From: Azolla caroliniana
Taxonomy: Eukaryota > Plantae > Polypodiophyta
Length of the DNA: 64,000 nucleotides
Direction: 5' to 3'
Assembly: GCA_043228905.1 (NCBI GenBank)
Contig: JBHGNT010000008.1
Coordinates: 7,068,001 to 7,132,000 of the forward strand
Made by a program: the position numbers and the translations under genes. A model generated the notes under the pieces. That model was not told where the DNA came from, ran no database searches, and saw only the letters and a program-made list of their open reading frames with translations. Each line of letters opens with the position of its first letter. Position 1 is the first letter of the stretch. Positions 26,312-36,819 of the stretch are shown in pieces.

Positions 26312-26978
26312 AAGTAGAACAAACAAGAATATTTCGATTACAAAAAGACTCAGTACTTACAACAGTGCTCAGAATGCAGTTTATATACAAGCCCTTGACA
26401 AGTGGGCTGACATAAGTACCATCAGTACTTGAATGCTCATAAATGAGCCTGGCACTAATTATACCTACAATATTCCTATTTACTATAATAGGAATATAGG
26501 CCCTCAATGGCCTTTTCGGATTTCATCCGACTCGGCACACCCGAATCGAACTCTATTTGATTCAGCTCTTCGGTACTCGGCTCTCGGCCCATGTTCAGCT
26601 TGCCTCTCAACACATCAACATAAGTCGGGGTAATGTGATCCACGTCATAGTGCCGTTTCTAGCATTGTTGTGTGACTTGTAGGTTTTGGGAGTTGGCTTG
26701 TCGAAGGAGGGGGAGCATCTGTTGGAGATAGCGCCCCCAAGTGCCACTATCCATGTTGGCAAGTTTGGAATGGGCGTCAATTGTGATTCTAGTGGGAGCC
26801 GAGGGCCGCGCCCATAGAGTGCTCGAAAAGGGTCAATCCATGTTGATCATTGCCTAAACAGATGTATTGTAGGCGTGGGTGGAGTGATTGATGGTGGCGA
26901 GCGCAGTGCATACCTGCAAAGTGGAAGAGGCGAACGCTTGGATGTGGTTGGTTGGCTCTTCCATCAGCACCTCGGAGG

Positions 26979-27847
26979 TCAGTTTCCCCGAAGCTTAGCC
27001 AATGATGTTGCATCAGCCATGGTTATATGGGCTTGTCGCGTGTGAGAATGTTGTAGCAATTTCCAGCAGTGACGTCGAATGTGCCCATAATTGTTGTAGT
27101 AGAAGCACTTCGGGCACCCTTGGTCATCGCGATTGGGAAGGTTGCAGCAAGCTTGTAGCTGCACATTTTGGACATCAATGTCCATGGGGGCCGCTCCTTG
27201 GTACTGGCCTCGCAAGTCAGTCGATGGTGGCGGGCGGCAAGGTGGTTGGGAGTCGGATAGCATACAAGCTTCAATGCATTGGGCGATGAGGATGGCTTCA
27301 TTGAATGTCTTGGGACCTTGGTCCAGAGCGCGACAAGTGATGTCATTGCGCTAACGGGGCCATAAGAAGAAATGCTTAACATGCTCGGGCATGGTAGGAT
27401 CGGCACGAATGAGGAGTTGATTTAAGTGAACACCAAATTGGCCCACTGGTTCATGCGCTTGATGCTGCAACATCTCGAGCTGTTGCAACACCGTCTTGGC
27501 TGAATTTTGATGCGTGAAGTTTTGCATGAGAAGATCCAAAGGATCACCCAATTCTTTGTCACTTTGCTTGCTTGGTGTACGTACCAAGTGGTGGCGACAT
27601 TTTCGAGCAAGGTGCGAACTTCCAAAGTTTTGCACATGTCAGAGCATTGGTGGTAATTGGAGATCATTTCCAAGTGGTCCAACCAAGCTAAGACATCCTG
27701 AAAGGGCAAGCCAGAGAAGGACTTCGCGCAAACCTTGGAATCTGGTTGATCTTGAGACCATTTAGAGAAGATGAAGGAGAGCATAGCTTGGTTCATGTGG
27801 CTGATTTGAAGGATGGTGTTGGAGAGTAGTTGCAAGAGTTGCTCCAT
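26979..27847 (-). pseudogene. gag: Gypsy B gag (frameshifted)
   Basis: FSGLPFQDVLAWLDHLE...ATTWY, APMDID and the decayed knuckle CFYYNNYGHIRRHC; ends ...LRGN-stop. Confidence 0.78.
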
Positions 27848-30800
27848 TTCAAAGGGGAATGGCCGCTAACGAGGCTACGAGAACTCAGGCTACATAGGGG
27901 TATCGGTTGTGGAGGCGATGGGAGGGAGTTGGGATGCCATGTACGAGGGGTAATGGCTAAAATTTTACCCCACATCTCCACCAATTATGTGAAATGCCAT
28001 AAAGAGAATCCAAAACCAACTTTCTTAGCTTCTTACTTCTTGCTCAATTTATAGTAGATATAAAGGTACCCATTTGGGTTGGCTTAGCTACATGGGTGCT
28101 AAAAAGGGTGTGCTAAAAGGGTGGCACAAAGGAACACATGTACACCACAACATGAAGGCATGGACTTGCACCAAAGGGACAACACAATACTATACATGTA
28201 CAATATGTATATACTAAAACATATGTTACCCTTGTGTCAACTAATAGCAAATATTAAGATTTTGGTTACCCATCAAGTAATCTGAATATTCTTGACATGG
28301 AGTTTAGTCCACTCAAATACTCTGGGCATTGATCATTGTTGCGCTTGTTTGGATTTCATACAAGAGAGATTCTCTCAAAATTTTCAAAACCCTAGTAGTC
28401 CCACCCATGCATGCATCATCAATAATGAAGAATTAAAATTGCCACGTCTTTGGTGAACCTGACATGAACTAATGGCAAAGACATGGCAACTCAAGATGAG
28501 ATGTCGACAATCATGGCTATGCTCAAGCGGATACTTCAAGATCAATGATCCATGACGAAGGTGGTAATGGCTATAAATCAGATTATTGATGAGGTATGTT
28601 GATTTGACAACATCTCACACTACTCGTAGAACTACAAGGCTAAAATGCTTTGTGGAAGAATTCTTGAGGCAATGTAGATGTTTTCCTTTGGATAGGTCAT
28701 GACCAAAGAATTGCAAGGTTGAATTTGAGAGCTCCAAGGAGAAGAAACAACATTTGCATGATTCGAGCATACAATATGCTAGAAACATACAACATTGTTG
28801 ATGCCTCGAAAATGACATGATGTGTATTTGTGGATTAGGCCAAGTACACACACCAAAACATAGTAGGTTTAAACATCAATTACAAGTTCAACAATTGTTT
28901 CAATCAAGGTGCTCTTATTCCATCAAACCATTCATTTGAAGGATTGAAACTATTTGGGAATTCTTCTAGAGGATATGACGACCAAAACTGGCCTTATTGA
29001 CTTATGGGAAGAGGTGAATCAAATTTTCAACCACTTCAACAAAAGGAGATAATTGCTCAATGAAGATTGAAGACCAAGTGAGAAAATAGCTTTCAGCATG
29101 TCAACAAACATAATGTCGAGAGCTTGAGAAAGCAATGTTTGATCGATATTGAGTCTAGTTGAAGAAAAAGTTCAATCGCTGACCAAGTGGACGAGTAGAA
29201 TGCAAACTGATGGGCCTACCAAAGAAACAAGAGATTTTGAGTGCAAGACAATAAAAAGAAAGCATGGGGTTGAGAAAGGGGGTCATCATACAAGCTTGAT
29301 TTTGACAATGACAAACAAATGGGCCTACAAAAGGCCATCAAAAAAATAAATTATTGATAGTCATGTTGTAGTTTTGCTAAGGGAAGTGTTAGGGATCATG
29401 GAATTTCCAGTTCCACGATGTTTTCATTGATCTCATGAAGCGAAAAAGATAAATTGTGGAGTGGGGCATATTGGATGTTTTGACAAATGTGAGTACTACA
29501 AGGCAGTCAGACATGTATTAAGATTTGTTGGAGTTCAACTTTTTCAATCCACATGGGGCATATGCACCGCATATGCACCCATTGAAATATTGGTGCATGT
29601 TGGAAATGTCAAACAACCAGTGGTGACACTAATCAAAACATGACTTTCACATTAATTTAATGTCAAAGGAGTTCTACGAAACGAGTTCATGGCTTATCAA
29701 CGCTAATCTTGGGTGGAAGATTTGGCCTACAATGAAAGTGAGGGAGAACTTACATGGGGTGCATGAACATCCAAGTAAATATTGGTGACATGAAGATGGA
29801 GGATCCTAGGTTTGAGAGAGACCTAGCGACGATTTGAGGTCCCTAGGTCAAAATAAGGAACCCAAAGAAATTTTTTTGATGCAACTTCACTTATGTTCGT
29901 AGTTGTGATACATGTTGCCAATCCAAAAAAACTCGATATCATCCATATAGCTTATTACAACCAATTCCTATTCCTGATAGTCCATGGAAATCTATTTCAT
30001 TGGACTTCATTACAGATCTACCACCTTCCAAGGGTTTTGATTCTATTCTCACGGTAGTAGATCCTTTTACGAAGATGGCACATTTTCTTCCTTGCACGAA
30101 GGCCATTATGAGCCAAGAGACAGCAGAGTTACTCATGCGAGAGGTGTTTCGGCAACATGGTCTTCCCGATGATATTATCAGTGATTGGGGTCCCCAGTTC
30201 ATCTAAAAATTTTGGCGGCACATGTTCAAACTAAACTCTCTTCTGGCTACCATCCAAAAACTAACGGGCAGAGTGAGCGCACCAACCAAATAGTAGAGCA
30301 ATATCTTCGTTGTTTTATCAACTATCAACAAGATGATTGGACGGATCTATTACATTTGGTAGAATTTGCTTACAACAACTCGGAACATTCTTCTACTGGA
30401 TACTCCCCATTTTTTGCAAACATTGGGTACCATCCTCGTTGAAATATGCTTGAACATCCCAAACTCCCGACAAACCTGACTGCTGAAGATCGGCTCACCC
30501 GACTCCAAGAAATTCAAGATATCCTTTTGCACCATTTATGTGATGCTCTAAACACTCAAAAGAAGGTTGTCGACTATCATCGACGTGATTCATCGACTAC
30601 GTTTCAAGTGGGAGATCGAGTATGGCTCTTACAAGGTCGCATTAAAACAACCCGACCTTGCTGCAAATTGGATTATCAACGTTTTGGCCCATATGTAATA
30701 TCTGGTAAGATCAATGATGTGGCATTTCGCCTTGATCTTCCTCCTCATATGTGTTTTCACCCAGTCTTCCATGTTTCACTATTGGAGCCCTACACAACCA

Positions 30801-31293
30801 ACTCTATTCCAGGTCGTCTTACATCTCCCCCACCTCCAATTGAAGTTTCGGATGGCTCTAAATATGAAGTTGTTGTTATTCTCGACTCCAAGATCGTTCG
30901 CAACAAACTATATTATTTGGTTGACTGGTTAGGTTATACACCTAATGATCAAACATGGGAACCTCTCGAGAATCTTGCTAATGCCTCTAAAATGGTTGTT
31001 GCATTTCATAACAAAAATCCCCATAAGCCAAGTCCGAAATCTTGTCTTTCGACTCGTGGAATTCGTTGTTGAAAAGGGGGCCCGGGGATAATGTCATGAA
31101 GACATACATTTTGGACTTACTGTTGAAGACAAGGCCGTCAATGCGGAAGATCAAGTAGCATTCGATTGGGGTTGAGTACCTGCGTATGACAGTTTCCAAG
31201 ATCGTGCACAGATAGAGAGAGAGAGAGAGAGGAGGCACAAAAGACTCTTTCTATTCAATAGAAACAATAATACAACCCAACCTTACAAAAAGG

Positions 31294-32523
31294 TTACAAG
31301 GTCACTTTATATAGTGACAACTTAGGGCAACTACCCTTTATGCTAATTACATGAATGCCGTCTTCATCTAGTTGTCCGACTGAGATCAATGGCCTTGAGA
31401 GCTCGGGTACATGTCGGACATTGTGAAGTACAAGTGTAGAGCCACCTGCAAGGTTGAGCTCTACTGTGCCGATTCCAATGATGTCACAGTGTTGCGAGTT
31501 GCCGACTCGAACTGAGTCGGAGTGACGGATCGTATATTGCCGAAATTGGGATCGATGAGTAGTCACGTGAAATGACGCGCCCGAATCTAAGAGCCATGTG
31601 CTCGATTCTTCAGTCGTGAGCAGAACTTCTGATCCGACTGGATTTTCGATTGATAGTATATTCGGGTCGTTTGGTAGCACATCAGCTGAGAAGCTGACGT
31701 AATTGATCTCCTCATGCCGGCCACTCTTCTTGTCTGATTTCTGAGACTTGTCGTTCTTGTTCTTGAGTGCGCGGCAGTCGGCTTTGATGTGTCCGGGTTT
31801 CTTGCAATAGTTGCAGATTCGATTGTCCCGTGACTGGCTCCGTCTTCGCTGATTGTTCGGCTGCCGTGAGGAATCTCTTCCTCGTATGTTCGATCGTTCT
31901 GTCGAACCTTGTACTACATAAGCGTCGTCTGTTGAGTCTTTGGCGAAAGACTTTCTCCGAGCTGCTTCGGTCAGGATTGCGCTCGTGACTTCGGAGTATT
32001 TAACAGCCGTGGTTGACGCGTTGCACACGGTTGTGACGAAAGTTTCCCATGATGAGGGAAGGCTGCTCATGAGTATCATTGCTCTGAGTTCATCCTCGAT
32101 TGCTGTCCCCTGAGATGAGATTTGGGAGCTTATGCTTTCGTACTCATTGAGATGTGCTTGAACCGAATCTGATTCTTTCATCCGCAAGTTGTAGAGGCGC
32201 CGGATCAGAAACATCTTCGTTGCGGCGACCTTCTTTTCGTAGGTGTCCGACAGTGTTTTCCACAATTCGAATGTTGTCGTACACAATTGCACCGTAAAGT
32301 ATACCGATTCCGATAAGTGCATCCGAATCGTGGCGCGGACGATTCTGTCCAGCTTCTGCCACTCAATTGGTTTGTATCCTTCTGGAGGTTCTTCATTTTC
32401 GATGGGATCGATTTGCCCCTTGACTATGAGATAGTCCTGCATTTGCTCCTTCCAGAAGTTGAAGTTCGATCCATCGAACTTTCGTAGACTCATTTCTGAC
32501 GAGCCGGATGTTGATGCCATCAA
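31294..32523 (-). pseudogene. gag: Copia E unit 1: gag-protease truncated by a 3125-bp deletion, reading into the LTR
   Basis: Matches 48281-50035 up to LDEDGIH, then LTR-derived residues; CCHC CNYCKKPGHIKADC; WLLDSGAS. Confidence 0.92.
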
Positions 32524-33700
32524 ATTTGGTTTCGGTTGACGAAGCTCGGTTCGGAGTTGACTACGAACCTTGTTGGAGTGCAGCCGGTTGGCTCACCCGA
32601 TATCGTTCTAGTCGGATTTGAACCCGAGTCGGTTCGGCTTCGGATATATGTATTGTTGAACTTGCTCGAATTGACTCCGGTAACTTGAGGGACAGAACCG
32701 ACTGGTCTTCCCGAATGTTGCTGAGTCGGAGTGAGCCCGGTTCGCTTCCGAATATATATGCCAAATACCGATTATTGAAACCGATTGTCTGGACCGATTC
32801 TGCTTCGGGTGACTGCAGCGACGAGAGAGACGGATCCAACTGATCCTCCCGAATGTCGATCAGCCGGATGAAGCACGAATTGGGGTTGTTGTCTTGAGAC
32901 CGATCTGCACCGAGTGGTTACAATGAGCGGCGAGCAGCGTTTGATGACCTCTTCGGATGCCGTTTAACCGAGTGGAGCACGATCGTGTCAATGTTGCACA
33001 AGGGGATTTCACCTCGAGCGGTTACGATCACAAGGAACAGAGTACAACCTGCTGGCTTACTCCAAGCGAAGATGATCTAACGCGATGAGATGCAAGCCTC
33101 GTTTTTCTTCTTCTTCTCTCTTCTTCGAATGACGCAAGAAACCGAACGCTGTGCAGGCTGAGACGACGGCCGACAGCGGGTTGAGGAACCTTCGCTCTGA
33201 TACCAAATGTTGAAGACAAGGCCGTCAATGCGGAAGATCAAGTAGCATTCGATTGGGGTTGAGTACCTGCGTATGACAGTTTCCAAGATCGTGCACAGAT
33301 AGAGAGAGAGAGAGAGAGGAGGCACAAAAGACTCTTTCTATTCAATAGAAACAATAATACAACCCAACCTTACAAAAAGGTTACAAGGTCACTTTATATA
33401 GTGACAACTTAGGGCAACTACCCTTTATGCTAATTACACAAATGGCCCAAACTTGAGCTATACAAAGGGATAGTGTGAATACGTCCATTATACACTTGTA
33501 TTCGACACTCCCCCGTAATGGGCGTATACATGGGTTATCTAAGATTACAGGTATAAACCTAGGTTCTCGGACATATCAGTTTTGTTCCAGTCGGCAGGGT
33601 CCGAAGGCAGAAGACCGAACTGGTCGGGTCGGAAGAGTTGAAGCCGATCATTAAGGAACTGATGTCGGTTGTCTGAAACCATCCTGCGTTGTGTCCGGCT

Positions 33701-33976
33701 CTAACCGGACTGGTTTGTCGTTACGCCCATCTGATGCCGAAGGGACCGAAAGCGGTCTGCCGAAAGACACTTGGTCATTCCATCTGCGACATTGTCGGTT
33801 GTGGATATTTTCTCTAGACCGATTTTCCCTGAAATGACGCAGTCCCAAACGAAGTGATATCGAACGTCGATATGTTTGGAGGCGTTGTGGTGAACCGGAT
33901 TTTTCGACAAGGCAACAGCACCTTGACTGTTGCTATAGACAACTGGGGCCGAGTCATGGTCGACTTGTCGAAACGT
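33701..33976 (-). pseudogene. pol: Copia E unit 2: RNase H C-terminus separated from the rest of pol by Gypsy D
   Basis: TFRQVDHDSAPVVYSNSQG...KHIDVRYHFV, matching the end of 46001-48229. Confidence 0.92.
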
Positions 33977-34652
33977 TGTCGTGAAGAAAACCGCCCACAA
34001 GAGGAATCGGAGGAACAAGGCGTGGGAAACGGCTCTACACACGCGCGCGCCAAGAAGTACATACGAGGATCCTAGGTGGGTAGATTCGGTTGATATGCAG
34101 TTAATACCAAACGGCCTCTTGACGGGATATAAAAAGGAAGAGGAAGAATAGAAGAGATCATCTCGCGCAGAGAGGACGAAGTGCTGCCGAACCGATTTCG
34201 AAGCACCTCACTCACTCCTGCTCTCTCTGTCTTCTGCTCCATCGCGTACCTGTGCAGGTTTCGAGGAGGCTTGCGCTGTTCCGTGGAACGCCCCGAGTGC
34301 GTCCTGCAGCACCTCCGACCTGTTTTCCCCTTTCCGTGCGTCGCGACATACAGGGGTCGGCATCTGTTCGCTGCCCTGTTCGTTTTCGTTAGTATCTATT
34401 TCGTGCCCCACCGTGGGTTGTAACACTTTAGCTGTTATTTTCTTGCATTCATAAGTACATATCTTCCGTGGTTGCGTCCATCTGTGTCGGCGTTTATTTG
34501 TGATCTCTGTTTGATTGGGCCGTGTCCCTGTGCAATCTTCGGTTCTGTGTAATCGGGTCTCTCCTTCTTCTCTCTCTCTCTTGCTCTTCGGTCCAAGACC
34601 CCCGTGGTCCCTCCTCCTTTCTGCACGCAAGGGCGTAGCAACCCCGACATCT

Positions 34653-34670
34653 TGGTGAACCCGACGTGAA
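34653..34670 (+). promoter_or_regulatory. Primer binding site complementary to the tRNA-Trp 3' end
   Basis: tggtgaacccgacgtgaa is the reverse complement of ...TTCACGTCGGGTTCACCA (plant tRNA-Trp, recalled from memory). Confidence 0.85.
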
Positions 34671-34692
34671 AGAGGCGGCAGAAGAGCAGGAA

Positions 34693-36819
34693 ATGAGAGG
34701 GTCGGATCTCGCAGAGGCCATGGCTTCGGCCGTGGATCGGATTGTAAACGCGCGCGAGAGCACCGGTGCCCTCGACAGAGCTATTGAGGCGGTCGTCGGC
34801 ACGATCGGCCGGTTCGATGGGAAGGATGCCACGAAGTATTTGGCGTCCTACGGTGCAGAGATGCTGATGCGGGACATTCCGGAAGAAAGGCGTCTTGCCG
34901 GATTTCCCCGAGTGGCGATGCCGAGCATCCACGCGGAGGTGCTCGAGGTGCGGATGGAGAGCCGTACCTGGGAGGAGTTCGAAGGTCGGCTCCTAGAGAA
35001 ATACGGGCTGGACGACGCGCTCCGGCTTTCGAAGCGAAGGTTCATGGAATGGGTGGAGTCCCCGGGGAAGGGAAGGAACGCGTCGGCGCTCCTCCGGGAG
35101 TTCGAGGAAAACTTTGCGCGCCTTTCGGCGCTCGACCGAACCATCCTGGACACGAGCCGGGTCTTGCTGTTTGTCAAGTCGGTCGACGAGCGGGATCGGG
35201 AGCAAGTGGGCCTCTTGCTGGAAACTGAAGACGGGCTCACTACCGACTGGGCAGCTGTCAAGAAGGTCTGTGGCCGTTTCGACAAACGGCGAGAATGGGC
35301 GGATAACGGAGTAACCGGGTCAGGCTCGGTCGCAGCAAGGAAGTTCGAACCGGTGCCGCGGGTGCGAAAGGAAGAGTCCGGGGAGTGGTTGGAAACCGGT
35401 TCGGCTTCGACCGGCGTAGTCAGAGGCTCAACCGGAGGAGCGGCACTGGAGGAATTGACGAAGGCGATAAAGGACCTCCAAATCGCGCAGGCCCGAAGGG
35501 AAGGAGGCGAACCGGCTCGTGACCGACGGCCGGCGGCAGGAAACAGGTGCATGTGGTGCGATGAAGTCGGCCACATTCGGAAGGACTGCGGCGACTTCGC
35601 GGAGGCGCTGAGGGACAAGGTGGTGTACCTGTGGGAAGGACGAGTGCATGCCAGCGACACCCGAAGGGCCCTGAGCCGAAACGACGGAAAAGGCGGTATG
35701 AAAAGGGTGATGGAAGAGGCGGCGGCCCGACACGCGGAAACCGTCCACTACTCGGCGTCAGCCGGCATTCGAGTCGGGGGCGGCGAGGCCCGGGGGGGAA
35801 GCAAAGCCGGATTCTGGCCGACGATGCTGGAAGGCCTTGCCGGTGCAGGGCTTAAAAGGGAGGAATCGGACCGTGCGGAGAAACGGGTACGGGAGATGAC
35901 CGGGTGGAGCGACCCGGTCGAGGAAAAGACGGGCTTCGTGGAAGCCGCTTGCCGGAACTACGAGGCTCTGGTAGAGGAGAAGCGGGTGGGGAAACCCGGG
36001 ACGACCGGGCCCTCACAACGATACGAGACCCGGTCCGGGCCACGACGGGACGAAGCCGGCGGGGCCGGCACGCAAGATAGACCCCAGAAGGGCGGGTACC
36101 GTCTGGGGACGGAGATAGAAAGGACCACGGACTTACGAAAGGTCCTGGAGGAACGGATCCTCGACAGCAAGGTGGAGCTGTCGTTACGAGAGGTGCTGGG
36201 AATCGCCAAGAAGGAGTTCCACGACTCCATCGTGGACTTGGTGAAACGGAAGAGGCTGTCGACGGAGACAGAACCGGAAAGACCGGTGGAAGTGCGGACG
36301 ACGCACCTAGACGACATGGCGCTGGGAGACGAGTGGGCGGAAAGCCACTATTCGAGACCACACTGGGCCCGAGCGACCACGGAAACCCCGGTGAAGATCG
36401 GCGATGTCCAGGAACCGGTGATAGCTTTGGTGGACCACGGATCGGAGATCAACTTGATGTCCATGGACTTCTATAGGAAGGGCAAATGGCCGATCAACAC
36501 CAAGCACGGGTGGAAAATAAGGGCGGCAACGCGCGCCACCGAGGAGCTGCACGGGGCCTGTCCGAATGTGCGAGTCAAGATTGGCGACGTCGAGATTGAC
36601 CAACACTTCTTCGTGCAGGAGACGTCTTCGCACCCGGTCATTCTGGGAGAACCGTACATTACGGCGGCGCGGATGGAGACCAAAGTGCTGGACAATGGTT
36701 CGGCCTACGCGAGGGTCAAAAGCCAAGACGGGCGCCATTCGGTCCAGTTTCTGACGGTAAGGCCGAACCACGAACGAAACCGTGATTCCCTCGGTTCCGA
36801 ACACCGAGAGGATTTTTAG
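34693..36819 (+). CDS. gag: Gypsy D ORF1: Gag plus aspartic protease
   Basis: Open frame with first ATG at 34693; CMWCDEVGHIRKDC knuckle; ALVDHGSEINLM...VILGEPY protease. Confidence 0.92.
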   Translation: MRGSDLAEAMASAVDRIVNARESTGALDRAIEAVVGTIGRFDGKDATKYLASYGAEMLMRDIPEERRLAGFPRVAMPSIHAEVLEVRMESRTWEEFEGRLLEKYGLDDALRLSKRRFMEWVESPGKGRNASALLREFEENFARLSALDRTILDTSRVLLFVKSVDERDREQVGLLLETEDGLTTDWAAVKKVCGRFDKRREWADNGVTGSGSVAARKFEPVPRVRKEESGEWLETGSASTGVVRGSTGGAALEELTKAIKDLQIAQARREGGEPARDRRPAAGNRCMWCDEVGHIRKDCGDFAEALRDKVVYLWEGRVHASDTRRALSRNDGKGGMKRVMEEAAARHAETVHYSASAGIRVGGGEARGGSKAGFWPTMLEGLAGAGLKREESDRAEKRVREMTGWSDPVEEKTGFVEAACRNYEALVEEKRVGKPGTTGPSQRYETRSGPRRDEAGGAGTQDRPQKGGYRLGTEIERTTDLRKVLEERILDSKVELSLREVLGIAKKEFHDSIVDLVKRKRLSTETEPERPVEVRTTHLDDMALGDEWAESHYSRPHWARATTETPVKIGDVQEPVIALVDHGSEINLMSMDFYRKGKWPINTKHGWKIRAATRATEELHGACPNVRVKIGDVEIDQHFFVQETSSHPVILGEPYITAARMETKVLDNGSAYARVKSQDGRHSVQFLTVRPNHERNRDSLGSEHREDF

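Larger units (their letters stand above)
13114..26612 (-). mobile_element. Copia A: full-length but degenerate Ty1/copia element. 3' LTR 13114-13553, 5' LTR 26171-26612, TSD CATCA
   Basis: Similar TG...CA LTRs of ~440 bp; CATCA at 13109-13113 and 26613-26617; PPT at 13554-13565; decayed iMet PBS at 26159-26170; gag-INT-RT-RH order on the - strand. Confidence 0.93.
12749..28186 (-). mobile_element. Gypsy B: old, internally deleted Ty3/gypsy element and outermost host of the nest. 5' LTR 27988-28186, partial 3' LTR 12749-12858
   Basis: Shared LTR block gtgctaaaagggtg...ccaaagggaca.caca; PBS 27967-27983 resembles the tRNA-Ala 3' end; PPT 12859-12868; gag 26979-27847; integrase C-terminal remnant (KRHYD...GTKVLVYFP...RWISPF) split by Copia A. 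Confidence 0.75.

Noticed and set aside
28191-29870. Possible LINE ORF1 or other TE remnant
   Set aside because: Only a doubtful zinc-knuckle trace; no sustained reading frame.
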